The notes under the pieces were generated by a model. It was not told where the DNA came from, did no database searches, and saw only the letters and a list, made by a program, of their open reading frames with translations. A program made the translations under genes and the position numbers. This document shows positions 17,770-28,785 of a DNA stretch of 64,000 bases, one piece after another. Location of the stretch: the NCBI GenBank assembly GCA_964562705.1, contig CAZLUI010000004.1:1503-65502 (forward strand), read 5' to 3'. Every line of letters starts with the position of its first letter. Positions within the stretch are counted from its first letter, which is position 1. This DNA is from an uncultured Staphylococcaceae bacterium. Its GTDB lineage: Bacteria; Bacillota_I; Bacilli_A; RFN20; CAG-826.

Positions 17770-19792
17770 ATTTAACTTCTTTGTTTTCAGGTTCAACAAC
17801 TGTAGGTTTTTCTTCCACTTTTGTTTCTGAGACAATCTCTAGTGTTGGATTCATTCCTTCTAAACTGCGATGTTTAAGAAGATATGTAATTTCCTCAGCA
17901 GTGATAGTTTCATTCTCAAGAAGGGTATTAGCAATTAGCTCCAAATCATCTTTATGTTCTTTTAGAACTTTTAATGCTTTAGCATGTGCATCACTAATAA
18001 TTTTGCGAACTTCAGTATCAATTTCAAAAGCGATTTGAGTTGAGAAATTCTTTTGAGTAGAAGCATAATCACGACCTAAAAATACTGAGCCAGAGTCTTT
18101 TTCGTATTGAATTGGTCCAAGAGAACTCATTCCATATTCAGTAACCATTGATCTAGCTATTCTTGTCGCAACTTCAATATCGTTTTGAGCACCAGTGGTG
18201 ACATCTTTGAAGAATAATTCTTCGGAACAACGTCCGCCAAGATAACCGACAATTCTAGCTTCTAATTCAGCTTTGCTAAGAAGAAATCTGTCATCTTCAG
18301 GAGTCATCAAAACGTGACCACCAGTTCTTCCACGTGGAATAATGGTAATCTTTTGGACTTTATCACTATGTTCAAGATTCAAACCAATGATGGCGTGGCC
18401 CGCTTCGTGATAAGCAACTGTCTTGCGTTCTTCCGGGTTCATTCCGTGTGAAGATTTAGCTGGGCCAGCAATACGTCTATCAATAGCTTCATCAATATCT
18501 TTGACAGTAACCATCGGTTCATTTTGTCTAACAGCAAGGATTGTTGCTTCGTTCAAAATGTTTTCAATATCAGCACCGCTGAAACCAACAGTTCTTTTAG
18601 CTAAGGCGGCAAAGTCGACTTTTGGATCAATTAATTTACCACGAGCGTGAACTTTAAAGATTGCTTCACGACCAACTTTATCAGGTAAATTAACGGTAAT
18701 AGTTCTATCAAAACGTCCTGCACGAAGTAGGGCTGGATCTAGAACGTCTTCACGGTTTGTAGCCGCAATAACAATGATTCCGGAATTATCTTCGAAACCA
18801 TCCATTTCAACTAATAATTGGTTAAGGGTTTGCTCGCGTTCATCGTTGCCACCGCCTAAGCCAGCACCACGTTGACGACCGACAGCATCGATTTCATCGA
18901 TAAAAATTAAACATGGAGCAGTTTGTTTCGCTTTTTTAAACATATCACGAACACGACCGGCACCGACACCAACAAACATTTCGACAAAGTCGGAACCGGA
19001 GATACTATAGAATGGGACACCAGCTTCGCCAGCAACAGCCTTAGCTAATAAAGTTTTACCAGTGCCTGGTGAGCCAATAAGTAATATGCCTTTTGGTAAT
19101 TTGGCTCCATATTTAGCAAACTTTTGAGGTTCTTTTAAATATTGAACGATTTCTTGCATTTCGGCTTTTTCTTCATCACAACCAGCAACATCGCTAAAGC
19201 GAACTTTGCTTGAATCCACTCTGCGAGCTCGGCTACGATTGAAATCCAAAGCTTTATTATTTGCTCCACCAACCGATGAAGATAATTTTGAGAATAAGAA
19301 AATTGCAATTAAAACGGTAACAGCAGTAATAATTAATGTTGGTCCCCATTGATCAAACCAGCTTACTTCAAAAGCATAATGGTCACTCATGTACGGAATA
19401 CCATAATCTCCACCATGAGAAGTATTGAAATCCGAAACTTCTTTACTAAATAAAGTACGATAAGATGCGTGGTCGACAACACTATCACCGTTGCTGTCAA
19501 ATCCGTTATTAAACCAAGTCTCATCACAAGTAAATGTATACGATTTTTTTACATTTTCAGGAGTTAAATATGTTCCTTGAACGGTAACTGTCGTTTCTTT
19601 GTTATATACATCAGCACTCATGACCTCGTTTGTTTCTAGTTTGGAGTCCACATTACTAACAGTCCACGAATCAGAACGATTTGAAGTTGATGTAATTATT
19701 AAAGCAACAAATCCAGCAATTGCCAGGGCAATTAAAATATATGGAAGGATAATTCCAAACAGGCTTCTTTTTGGTGTTTCTTGATTGTCCAT
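17768..19792 (-). CDS. ftsH: ATP-dependent zinc metalloprotease FtsH
   Basis: Two N-terminal TM segments, AAA+ Walker [23 protein letters not shown], zinc site HEAGHAI. Confidence 0.97.
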   Translation of the reverse strand: MDNQETPKRSLFGIILPYILIALAIAGFVALIITSTSNRSDSWTVSNVDSKLETNEVMSADVYNKETTVTVQGTYLTPENVKKSYTFTCDETWFNNGFDSNGDSVVDHASYRTLFSKEVSDFNTSHGGDYGIPYMSDHYAFEVSWFDQWGPTLIITAVTVLIAIFLFSKLSSSVGGANNKALDFNRSRARRVDSSKVRFSDVAGCDEEKAEMQEIVQYLKEPQKFAKYGAKLPKGILLIGSPGTGKTLLAKAVAGEAGVPFYSISGSDFVEMFVGVGAGRVRDMFKKAKQTAPCLIFIDEIDAVGRQRGAGLGGGNDEREQTLNQLLVEMDGFEDNSGIIVIAATNREDVLDPALLRAGRFDRTITVNLPDKVGREAIFKVHARGKLIDPKVDFAALAKRTVGFSGADIENILNEATILAVRQNEPMVTVKDIDEAIDRRIAGPAKSSHGMNPEERKTVAYHEAGHAIIGLNLEHSDKVQKITIIPRGRTGGHVLMTPEDDRFLLSKAELEARIVGYLGGRCSEELFFKDVTTGAQNDIEVATRIARSMVTEYGMSSLGPIQYEKDSGSVFLGRDYASTQKNFSTQIAFEIDTEVRKIISDAHAKALKVLKEHKDDLELIANTLLENETITAEEITYLLKHRSLEGMNPTLEIVSETKVEEKPTVVEPENKEVK

Positions 19793-19905
19793 CTTTCTAC
19801 CTCTTTCTTTTCTTTTGTTTATACAATTTTATAATTGTTATGCCTATAAAATAACCTTAATTGAAATAATAACAAACCAGATTCTTTTGTAAATGCTTTT
19901 TGCAT

Positions 19906-21135
19906 TTATTTGAGATTAATTTTAAAAACTGACTTGTGAGAGTCAGAAAACACTCTTCGATAGCGAGCAATATAGACAATTTTCCCGTTCTTATCCAAAA
20001 TAACAGGCCACGCTTTTCTAAGGTGACGCGGCATCTTCCAATCGATGAATAAACGTCTAAGCACAACGTTATAACCATTAATATGATATTTATCATCGAG
20101 TGATGCATTTCTAATTGTAAGAGGAAACATGTCTTCTAAAATGCCTCTATCTTCTGCGCCCATGGAGAAGTCTATTTCAAATTGTTTGGTTGATAAAATA
20201 CCCCTCGTATCTAACGTATAGGAATATGGTTCAATTTCTTTCCCGACACATATAACGCCATATTCTTGGTAATAATAAATTCCCTTTCCCAAGGAGTAAC
20301 GGATATTTGCCTTTTTAGAATCAAGGAGGAGAATAAAATTTTGAATTTTTAATCTGGATAATGTAATAGAAACATTTAATGGTTCCAGCAATTTAAATAA
20401 AGCATACGCAAATTCTTCGCTTGTTAAAGTTTGAGCTTTTTTACATAAGATTGAATTATCTTGTTCAATAGCAAAAGAAGCGGTCTCTTTAAGTTTTTGG
20501 ATTCGCTCATTTTCGTGTGCTATGTCGTTCAAATACTTATATCTTTCATTCGAATCCATTTTTTCAATGATAGAATGACGCACTCTGTTTCTCTCATAAT
20601 GATTTGTTAGGTTAGAAACATCAATTGAATAAGGAATATCATTAAATTCATCATATTCTTTTAGCTGTTGTTTCGAATAGTCTAACAATGGTCTGATAAC
20701 TTTCATCCCATTCATATTAGATTCAACCGAAATTCCATAATTGGCCACTAAAGAATGACGACGTTTTTGCATTATGAATGTCTCAATCGAATCGTCTTGT
20801 TGATGAGCTATTAAAAGTCCTGATGCATTATACTTTTCGTACACATTTTTGAAAAATGCATATCTAACTTCTCTAGCCCAGGCTTGGAAGTTGCCTCTTA
20901 CAACGAGATTGGTGGTATCGAGCACTTCATATTGAATATGGTGTTTTACACAATATTCACATAAAGCCATTTCTTCAAAGTTTGAAACATCACGACGATG
21001 GTAGTTAACATGACAGACAACAAAGTGAATATTAGCCTTAAATAGCAGGTCAAAAAGCGCCATTGAATCCGGGCCAAATGAGCAAGCTAAAATGTATATT
21101 GATTTTTGGTTTAACGGATAATTAAGTTTAATCAT
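19906..21135 (-). CDS. tilS: tRNA(Ile)-lysidine synthetase
   Basis: PP-loop variant ACSFGPDSMAL; located upstream of ftsH as in Bacillus; start set at the internal MIKLNYPL. Confidence 0.85.
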   Translation of the reverse strand: MIKLNYPLNQKSIYILACSFGPDSMALFDLLFKANIHFVVCHVNYHRRDVSNFEEMALCEYCVKHHIQYEVLDTTNLVVRGNFQAWAREVRYAFFKNVYEKYNASGLLIAHQQDDSIETFIMQKRRHSLVANYGISVESNMNGMKVIRPLLDYSKQQLKEYDEFNDIPYSIDVSNLTNHYERNRVRHSIIEKMDSNERYKYLNDIAHENERIQKLKETASFAIEQDNSILCKKAQTLTSEEFAYALFKLLEPLNVSITLSRLKIQNFILLLDSKKANIRYSLGKGIYYYQEYGVICVGKEIEPYSYTLDTRGILSTKQFEIDFSMGAEDRGILEDMFPLTIRNASLDDKYHINGYNVVLRRLFIDWKMPRHLRKAWPVILDKNGKIVYIARYRRVFSDSHKSVFKINLK

Positions 21136-21382
21136 TTTTACTCTCGATCTCCGTATACATCGACTTTGCTTTTTCTTCAGTTGCAAATTCGAAAATATTA
21201 TCGATTCTATAAGTTGAGTTAATACTCTTTAAATGAACTGTCAAAACATCACCAATATTAACATTTGAAGAGGCTTTTGCAGGCTTTCCGTTCAAAGTAA
21301 CATTGCCTTTGTCCACCGTTTCTTTAGCGATAGTTCTTCTTTTTATTAATCGACTTACTTTTAAAAACTTATCTAATCTCAT
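21128..21382 (-). CDS. S4-domain RNA-binding protein (YabO/Hsp15-like)
   Basis: MRLDKFLKVSRLIKRRTIAKETVDKGNVTLNGKPAKAS S4 fold; position between mfd and tilS matches yabO. Confidence 0.8.
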   Translation of the reverse strand: MRLDKFLKVSRLIKRRTIAKETVDKGNVTLNGKPAKASSNVNIGDVLTVHLKSINSTYRIDNIFEFATEEKAKSMYTEIESKND

Positions 21383-21394
21383 AAAGATATACTA

Positions 21395-24300
21395 TCACTT
21401 TCTTTTAGAAAACTTATTATATAAATCAGTGACTACATCAACAATTGTTTCTAAGTCCTTTAGCCAATTGTTTTGTCTAGTAAGCCTAATTTTAAGTACT
21501 TTTTGAAGATAGGTTACTTGAATCTTGTTTAAAAGTGGGCTTAAAGCTTCAAATAAATAATTGCCAATACCATTTAATTCGCTGAATTTTTTCGAAAGGG
21601 TAATTTCAATGGTATCGCCATATTCCATAACATCTTTAAATTGTTCTTCAGATAACAAAATGTCTAGTCTTCTTTTCTCAAAAAGTAAAGAAACTTCGCT
21701 CGGAAGTCTTCCATAGATATCTCGAACTCTCAGGTTAATCTGTTTAAGTTCTTCAAGTGATTTGGAGTTTTCGATTTCTTGATATAATTGAATCTTGTCT
21801 TCCTTAGAAGCATATTCGCCAGGAATATATGCATCTAGTTCAAGAATTTTCACCGGTTTAGGTGGTTCATGTAATACACCAGTTTTTCTTTCTTCCATTA
21901 CCTCGTTTAGCATCTTCAAATATAAATCAAGACCGATGGAATCGATAAAACCAGCTTGCTCCGGACCTAGAATATCACCTGCTCCGCGAATCATTAAATC
22001 GCGTTGAGAAATTTTATATCCACTTCCAAGTTCGGCGAAGTCTTGGATAGCTTTAAGCCTTTTGGTAGCAATATTAGTTAGTGTTTTTTGTTCTTTAAAG
22101 AACAAGTACGCATAGGCAATCCGATTTCCACGTCCCACTCGTCCTTTAATTTGGTATAACTGAGCTAATCCAAAGTGATCTGCATCTTCAATAATTATTA
22201 GATTTGCATTAGGGACATCGATCCCATTTTCGATGATCGATGTAGCGACCAAAACATTTACTTCACCAGAATAAAACCTCATCATTACATCTTCAATTTC
22301 TTCTTTGTCCATCTTTCCATGAACGATTCCGACTGAAGCAGAGGGAATATGTCTTTGAATATGATTTGCGGTTGCTTGAATGGAAGAAATCGTATTGTGA
22401 ATATAGAAAACTTGACCATTTCTAGCTAATTCTCTTTCAATAAGCTCACGGGCAATTTCCTCTTTGAAAGGAGCAACATAAGTTTGAATTGTAGAACGGC
22501 TACTAGGTGGGGTGTTAATTTGTGACACAGGGCGCACCCCAATTAATGAAAGTTGCAGTGTCCTAGGAATTGGGGTGGCACTTAAAGAAAGAACATCAAT
22601 ATTGTTTTTCATTTCTTTAATAAGCTCTTTCTGCTCGACGCCAAAACGCTGCTCTTCATCAATAACTAAAAGACCCAAATCTTTGAATTGAAAGTCTTTG
22701 TTTAATAAACGATGAGTGCCAATAACAAGATGAATTTTGCCATCTTTGATTTCTTGCATATACCCTTTTTGGATTCTTTCTGGAACAAGACGAGAAATAA
22801 CAGCGATATTAACACCAAAATTTCTAAATCTTTCAAGGGCTAGTTCATAGTGTTGCCTAGCCAAAAGAGTGGTAGGACATAATATCGCGGCTTGTTTGCC
22901 ACTCAAGATAGCTTTAAAAATTGCTCTAAAGGCAACTTCCGTTTTGCCAAACCCGACATCGCCGCATAAGAGACGATCCATAGCAAAATCGGACTCCATG
23001 TCTTTCTTAATTTCCTCAACAGATTGCTTTTGATCTTTAGTTAATTCGTAAGGAAACTCTTGCTCAAATGCTTTTTGAAACTCATCATCTCCATTAAAGG
23101 CAAAGCCCTTAATGGACGCTCTTTCGCTATACAGTTGGTAGAGTCGATCTGCTAACAAATTTACTCTCTCTTTTATACGAGCTTTAGTTTTTTCCCAGCC
23201 TCCACTATTGAGATTAGATAACTTTGGGGCAGCTCCTTCTCGACCGGCGTATTTTCTAACTAGTCTAAACTGAGATAGAGGAACATAAAGAATGTTATCT
23301 CCAGCATATTGCAAATGAAGAAAATCTCTGTGAATACCTTCAATTTCAATTGTCTTTATATCAAGGAATTTCCCAATGCCGTAATATTCGTGAACTACAA
23401 AATCTCCCGGTTTAAAATCATCATAGTTTTTGACAATAACCGCTTCTTTAAAACGATTCAAAAACTGAGATGATTTATTTTGAAATCCAAACAACTCCTT
23501 AGCCGACAAGAAAACTATTTTGTCTTCAGGCAATTCAAAACCTTCCTCTAGTCCAAATATGGTTAATCCAATTTTTTTATTAGGAAGAGATAGGCCGTTC
23601 GTAATTTCATATTCAGTTTTTTCTTCCTTTAAAAGATTACTAATAGTGTCCGCTTGCTGTTTGTTAGAAACCGCAAGAATAACTTTGTCATTATTAGGAA
23701 GATATGAATCAATAATAACTTTTAAACTTGAATTGTTAGCTTTGCTAAAAATAATCGGATGTGTCTCAAAAATAATATCATCAATATCTTGTTTAAATTC
23801 ATTTGCGTGAAGACATCGTTCATGTTGCAAAACTATATCAATATTTCGATAAAGTTCAAGATGAGACATAAGCCTGCCTTCTTGAAATAATTTATCAAAA
23901 TATACTTTAGCTTCGTTAACAGCAAATTCAATCGTACTATAAAATTGTTTTTCATTTGAAATTAACACTAAATCGGCATCAAAATAATCCAGAATTGAGG
24001 CGGTGCTATTTTTTATATATCGATAATACTTATATGCTCTAGGAGAATACAATCTCTGAGAGATTTTTTCATAATCCAACTCAGTAATATACCTCAAATT
24101 GTCCCCCAATTCAGGTTCAAGCAACTCAATATCTTTGCTTAACTGATTATCGATTTTGCTTTTTAGATTTTCTAATTCAAACTCACTAAGTAATAAATCG
24201 GTTGCGGGAATAATTTCAACATTTTCTATTTCTTCCTCACTTGTCTGTGATGATAAATCAAAGAAATGAATACATTCGATCTCATCATCAAAGAATTCAA

Positions 24301-24865
24301 TTCGTATTGGTTTCGAATAATTAACAGAAAAGATATCTAATATATCGCCTCGGGACGCAAATTGCAGACTTTGATCGATTTTAGAAACATTTAAATATCC
24401 AGATTGAATCAATTTGGTTTTGAATTGTGCTAAATTAACGCGATCGCCAACTTTAAGAGTTAAGCGCGCATTGGTAAAATCAAACTTTGTTGGCAAAGGA
24501 GTAATTAATGAAGAAGCGTGGGTCACAACAATTTTGCTTTTGTTATTCAATACTTCATTCATTACAAAAAGTCTTTGGCAAAGTAGTTCTTTTGATGAGG
24601 AAACTAGTTCACAACAAAGCAAATCGTCAGTCGGAAATAACAAAACATTGTTGCTTCCTATTAAAGACGCAAGCAAGTCGCTAACCTTTTGAGCGGTAAA
24701 TAGATTTGGTGTTAAAATGACATATTTTCCTGGTTTTTTACTAAATAACCCTGCAAAAACTAAGGAAATTCCCAAAATGTCGTTAACCACAAAATTCCCT
24801 TTTTTAGAAAGAAGGGAGGTAACGGCTTTTGATTTTGAGATTAATTCTAATAAGTTATCATTCAA
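21395..24865 (-). CDS. mfd: transcription-repair coupling factor Mfd
   Basis: 1156 aa; helicase motif LLCGDVGFGKTEVA; DEEQRFGV; C-terminal TRCF domain. Confidence 0.97.
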   Translation of the reverse strand: MNDNLLELISKSKAVTSLLSKKGNFVVNDILGISLVFAGLFSKKPGKYVILTPNLFTAQKVSDLLASLIGSNNVLLFPTDDLLCCELVSSSKELLCQRLFVMNEVLNNKSKIVVTHASSLITPLPTKFDFTNARLTLKVGDRVNLAQFKTKLIQSGYLNVSKIDQSLQFASRGDILDIFSVNYSKPIRIEFFDDEIECIHFFDLSSQTSEEEIENVEIIPATDLLLSEFELENLKSKIDNQLSKDIELLEPELGDNLRYITELDYEKISQRLYSPRAYKYYRYIKNSTASILDYFDADLVLISNEKQFYSTIEFAVNEAKVYFDKLFQEGRLMSHLELYRNIDIVLQHERCLHANEFKQDIDDIIFETHPIIFSKANNSSLKVIIDSYLPNNDKVILAVSNKQQADTISNLLKEEKTEYEITNGLSLPNKKIGLTIFGLEEGFELPEDKIVFLSAKELFGFQNKSSQFLNRFKEAVIVKNYDDFKPGDFVVHEYYGIGKFLDIKTIEIEGIHRDFLHLQYAGDNILYVPLSQFRLVRKYAGREGAAPKLSNLNSGGWEKTKARIKERVNLLADRLYQLYSERASIKGFAFNGDDEFQKAFEQEFPYELTKDQKQSVEEIKKDMESDFAMDRLLCGDVGFGKTEVAFRAIFKAILSGKQAAILCPTTLLARQHYELALERFRNFGVNIAVISRLVPERIQKGYMQEIKDGKIHLVIGTHRLLNKDFQFKDLGLLVIDEEQRFGVEQKELIKEMKNNIDVLSLSATPIPRTLQLSLIGVRPVSQINTPPSSRSTIQTYVAPFKEEIARELIERELARNGQVFYIHNTISSIQATANHIQRHIPSASVGIVHGKMDKEEIEDVMMRFYSGEVNVLVATSIIENGIDVPNANLIIIEDADHFGLAQLYQIKGRVGRGNRIAYAYLFFKEQKTLTNIATKRLKAIQDFAELGSGYKISQRDLMIRGAGDILGPEQAGFIDSIGLDLYLKMLNEVMEERKTGVLHEPPKPVKILELDAYIPGEYASKEDKIQLYQEIENSKSLEELKQINLRVRDIYGRLPSEVSLLFEKRRLDILLSEEQFKDVMEYGDTIEITLSKKFSELNGIGNYLFEALSPLLNKIQVTYLQKVLKIRLTRQNNWLKDLETIVDVVTDLYNKFSKRK

Positions 24866-25428
24866 GAATTATCACCACCATTGTATTTACACATCGCTGA
24901 AGAAAAACCATGCAAAAGATATTCTCTAATTGCAAGGGCTCCTCTTTGAATTGCGTTTTCGATTAAAACTTTATCATTGCCAAACGGTTTGCCTAAGACA
25001 TAATCAATCGAATTATGAACTGGTTCACCAATACCAACGCGAATGCGCTTAATCTCTTTACTGCCAAGGCAATCAATAATATTGCCCATACCTTTTTGGC
25101 CGCCGCTTGAACCATTAACGCGTAATCTCAAATCTCCTGGTTTAATTGCCATGTCGTCAAAGACGACAACAATGTCATCTAGATTAATTTTAAAATAATG
25201 AACTATTTCTTGTACTGCGCTTCCAGATAGATTCATAAAAGTCATAGGCTTAAATAAAATGATATCCTCATCATCCAATTTAAACTTTGCATACACCCCT
25301 TTAAAATCTTCATGATTGAATTCAACATCAGCTATATCAGAAAAAGCATCAATAACTCTGAAGCCAGAATTATGACGAGTCAGTTTATATTCTTCACCAG
25401 GATTTCCCAATCCAACTATTAGTTTCAT
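24862..25428 (-). CDS. pth: peptidyl-tRNA hydrolase
   Basis: MKLIVGLGNPGEEYKLTRHNSGF. Confidence 0.95.
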   Translation of the reverse strand: MKLIVGLGNPGEEYKLTRHNSGFRVIDAFSDIADVEFNHEDFKGVYAKFKLDDEDIILFKPMTFMNLSGSAVQEIVHYFKINLDDIVVVFDDMAIKPGDLRLRVNGSSGGQKGMGNIIDCLGSKEIKRIRVGIGEPVHNSIDYVLGKPFGNDKVLIENAIQRGALAIREYLLHGFSSAMCKYNGGDNS

Positions 25429-25494
25429 AATCGATTGTGATTATATCACATAAGAATAGTTATTTTAATTATCAACTATGATAAGATTGTAAAC

Positions 25495-26424
25495 ATGAAA
25501 AAAATACCTACATCATTAAAAGACGGATTAGTCGGCTTAGCTATCGGCACTGCAATCATAATTCCTGGAATATCAGGAGGCACAATTGCACTAATTTTTG
25601 GTGCATTTAAAAAAATAACAACTGCAGTGGGCAATTTATTTAAGTCTTTTTGGAAGAGTTTATTGCTTCTTCTTCCTTTTGGAATTGGGGCGGTTTTGGC
25701 AATTGCTGGCCTTTATGTGCCATTTCAATATGCATTTGAATATTGCATGTTCGCCATCATTACATTATTTGCTGGTTTCATATTAGGCAGTATTCCTTCT
25801 GTTGTTGATGGAGTGAAAGGCGAAAAACCAACTGTCATAAACGTAATCTTACTAATCGTAGGGCTTGCTGTTGCGACATGCATTGGTGTCTTTTCTGTAC
25901 TTTGGGATTTCAATCAAAGTGTCACAGACTTATTCACAAATCATGAATGGTATCTATTTTTAATTATTTTTGTCGTCGGAATCATCAGTTCGACAGGCCT
26001 GATTGTCCCAGGTTTATCTGGCTCCCTAATATTGCTAGTTATAGGTTTTTATCAACCAATTTTTAATCTTCCCAGTTTGATTATTCAAAATAAAAATCTT
26101 TGGGTTAATCTTGGGCTTCTCTTCGTTTTCGCGATTGGAGTTTTAATCGGTTTTATTATCTTCAGCAAAATAATGAGTTATCTCTTAGATAAACATAAGA
26201 AATCTACCTACTACACAATTATTGGTTTTATTGTAGGATCGTTGGTTTCTATATATGTAAACAGCAATATGTTTGCCTACTTAGGCAACGGACATGGTCA
26301 TTTGTTAGATTGGATTCTAGCCCCAATATTCTTCATTATTGGTTTAGCAATATCAATTGTTATGCATATTTATATAATTAAACACCCTTCCAAAGAAGAA
26401 AAAGAAATAGTCGAAAATGCCTAG
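25495..26424 (+). CDS. DUF368-family polytopic membrane protein (putative undecaprenyl-phosphate translocase family)
   Basis: Duplicated PGISGG / PGLSGS motifs (IIPGISGGTIALIFG, IVPGLSGSLILLVIG) within about 8 TM helices. Confidence 0.65.
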   Translation: MKKIPTSLKDGLVGLAIGTAIIIPGISGGTIALIFGAFKKITTAVGNLFKSFWKSLLLLLPFGIGAVLAIAGLYVPFQYAFEYCMFAIITLFAGFILGSIPSVVDGVKGEKPTVINVILLIVGLAVATCIGVFSVLWDFNQSVTDLFTNHEWYLFLIIFVVGIISSTGLIVPGLSGSLILLVIGFYQPIFNLPSLIIQNKNLWVNLGLLFVFAIGVLIGFIIFSKIMSYLLDKHKKSTYYTIIGFIVGSLVSIYVNSNMFAYLGNGHGHLLDWILAPIFFIIGLAISIVMHIYIIKHPSKEEKEIVENA

Positions 26425-26974
26425 AACTTCTCAACAATTTAAAGAAATGCAACAGGAGCGAATAGATTCGATTTTAGAATCTTCACTAATTTTGTACGCT
26501 TTAAACAATGGAAAAATTACCATTGATGAGGTAGCTAAACACGCTAATTGTTCACACGGAATTATCTATCATTACTTTAATAATTCTGAAGCAATAATTG
26601 AAAAACTTCTTTCTGTGAAATCTTATTTGGATTTAAAAAGCTCCCTTATAAAACAATATAAAGGAATGTATGCGAAGGATGCTATTGGTAACATTGCAAA
26701 AACAATGCTTAATTTTTCAACAACAGCAGGTATTTGTTATGGCAAAATTTTGATTGAAGAAACAGGAAAAACTTCCCTAAGAAAAACACTTGAATCATTA
26801 GTGGAAAAAGGGCAAAAAGAAGGCGACATAACTGGTGGCAATTCTATAGAAATTGTAGACTGCTTTTTCTATCTATTAAACGGCTACTATTTGAGTGTGT
26901 TATTGAGCAAAAAGAGGACTATAAGTCCTCCACCTATTGATAATGTGTTAGAAATATTTAGAAAAAGAAGATAA
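26417..26974 (+). CDS. TetR/AcrR-family transcriptional regulator
   Basis: N-terminal HTH ITIDEVAKHANCSHGIIYHYFNNSEAI; overlaps the upstream gene by 8 nt. Confidence 0.65.
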   Translation: MPRTSQQFKEMQQERIDSILESSLILYALNNGKITIDEVAKHANCSHGIIYHYFNNSEAIIEKLLSVKSYLDLKSSLIKQYKGMYAKDAIGNIAKTMLNFSTTAGICYGKILIEETGKTSLRKTLESLVEKGQKEGDITGGNSIEIVDCFFYLLNGYYLSVLLSKKRTISPPPIDNVLEIFRKRR

Positions 26975-27024
26975 AAACCGAAATAAAATGCCTAGATAAT
27001 CCAGGCATTTTTTACTAGCTAAAT

Positions 27025-28593
27025 CTATTTATATTTTTTAGAAATCTTTTCAAATTCCTTTAAGTCTTTATAGGTTTCTTTAAGGTTAGGATACATCTTC
27101 ATATACACCTTATTAAACAAGTAATCGTATTTAGCGTGGTTTTCCATGTTTGGTTTAAACTCTTTGCCTTGATGCACCATGGCATTAGTTGCCTCATCAA
27201 CAGAAGCAAATTCACCTGATGCAATAAAACCAGCCATCGCAACACCTAATGAAGATGTTTCAAACGTTTGAACTCGAGTGACCGATAAACCAAAAATATC
27301 GGCTGTGATTTGACAAATTGCATCACTTTGAGAACCACCACCAGAAATACGAATTTTCTCAACTTTATGATGAAGTCTTTTTTTCTCAAATAGCTCTAAT
27401 CCTTCTCTTAAACAGAAGGTGATTCCTTCGATGATTGCTCGATATAAGTGGATATGCGTATGCATATCAGAGAAACCAATAATGGCTCCTTTAGCTAACG
27501 GCCTTCTTAGCCCAGCGCCCCAGTATGGCTGTAGAACAAGACCATCGCATCCCGGGTTAATTTTGAGCATCTCGTCATTTAATATTTCTAGGGTTAATTT
27601 GTTTTGAATTTGAGCTTCTAAAGATTCTTTTTCGCCAAATTCTTTACTAAACCAATTGAGCATCCAATATCCACGATAAACTTGAAGATCTAAATTATAA
27701 TAGCCTTTAACAACAGCTGGGTAGGCAGGCAAGAATGGTTCAGCGTCGGAATATTTTTGTGACGATACTTCACAAGTGCAAGCTGTTCCATAACTAATTG
27801 CCGCGATCTTACCATCCATAGCGCCTAGCCCTAAGGTTTCACAAGATTTGTCAGAGCCGCCAGAATAGACTTTTAAGCCTTCCGGCAATCCGGTTTTGTC
27901 GCTAGCTTCTTTGGTAATTGTGCCCATCACTTCACCAACAGGAACAAGTTTACATAACATTTTATTTGGTATACCAAATATTTGTCCTTTTAAGTGTTTA
28001 TCGCTCTTGTACCATTCACCTTTTTTGAAATCAATAGGAACATGTCCAGCTTGGCAAGAAGGAGAGTCGACATATTGGCCCAATAATTGCATATTAATAA
28101 AGGTCGAAATCATCATAAACTTATCTGCTTTTGCCCAGTTTTCTGGTTCGTTTTCTTGTAGCCAAATTGACATCGAACGCTTTCTATTCAAATCAATGGT
28201 TGCACTCATACCGACAAGTTTAAAAATAGCTCTCGCAGATAGAGGTATTTTTTGTTTTCCTTCTGCTCTTCTTTCATCAAGCCAAAGAATAGCAGGACGA
28301 ATCACTTTATTGTCTTTATCCATTATTAAGATTGAATCACGGAAACAGGTAATAGCCATTCCAACAACATCTTTGATTAAATCGCCATGTTCTTTTACAA
28401 GTAAATTAGTAAGTTCACACAACGAATCATAGTAATAATATGGATCTTGCTCAGCATATCCTAATTTTGGAGAATGATAAGCTGGTTCATATTGCTTCTT
28501 GTAAATGCAAACAATTTCTCCTCTTTTATTGAAAAGAGATGTTCTAACAGATTGGGTTCCAAAGTCCACCGCTAATACCAATGGTTCTTTCAT
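27025..28593 (-). CDS. FGGY-family carbohydrate kinase (xylulokinase/glycerol-kinase-like)
   Basis: LVLAVDFGTQSVRTSLF FGGY N-terminal motif; 522 aa. Confidence 0.8.
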   Translation of the reverse strand: MKEPLVLAVDFGTQSVRTSLFNKRGEIVCIYKKQYEPAYHSPKLGYAEQDPYYYYDSLCELTNLLVKEHGDLIKDVVGMAITCFRDSILIMDKDNKVIRPAILWLDERRAEGKQKIPLSARAIFKLVGMSATIDLNRKRSMSIWLQENEPENWAKADKFMMISTFINMQLLGQYVDSPSCQAGHVPIDFKKGEWYKSDKHLKGQIFGIPNKMLCKLVPVGEVMGTITKEASDKTGLPEGLKVYSGGSDKSCETLGLGAMDGKIAAISYGTACTCEVSSQKYSDAEPFLPAYPAVVKGYYNLDLQVYRGYWMLNWFSKEFGEKESLEAQIQNKLTLEILNDEMLKINPGCDGLVLQPYWGAGLRRPLAKGAIIGFSDMHTHIHLYRAIIEGITFCLREGLELFEKKRLHHKVEKIRISGGGSQSDAICQITADIFGLSVTRVQTFETSSLGVAMAGFIASGEFASVDEATNAMVHQGKEFKPNMENHAKYDYLFNKVYMKMYPNLKETYKDLKEFEKISKKYK

Positions 28594-28785
28594 AAAAAGT
28601 ACCTACTTTCGAATAAATAATAACACAATCAAATTAATTTAAGCATTTAGGAAATAAAGTGATGTAACCGCTTAATTACCAAAAATTATTAATTTTTATT
28701 GCTAACAAAGAGCAGTATTTGTTATATTTTTGTTGCGAGTGTTTTTGACATTCACGCAAAAAAGTATTTCACATAGGAGGAAAAT

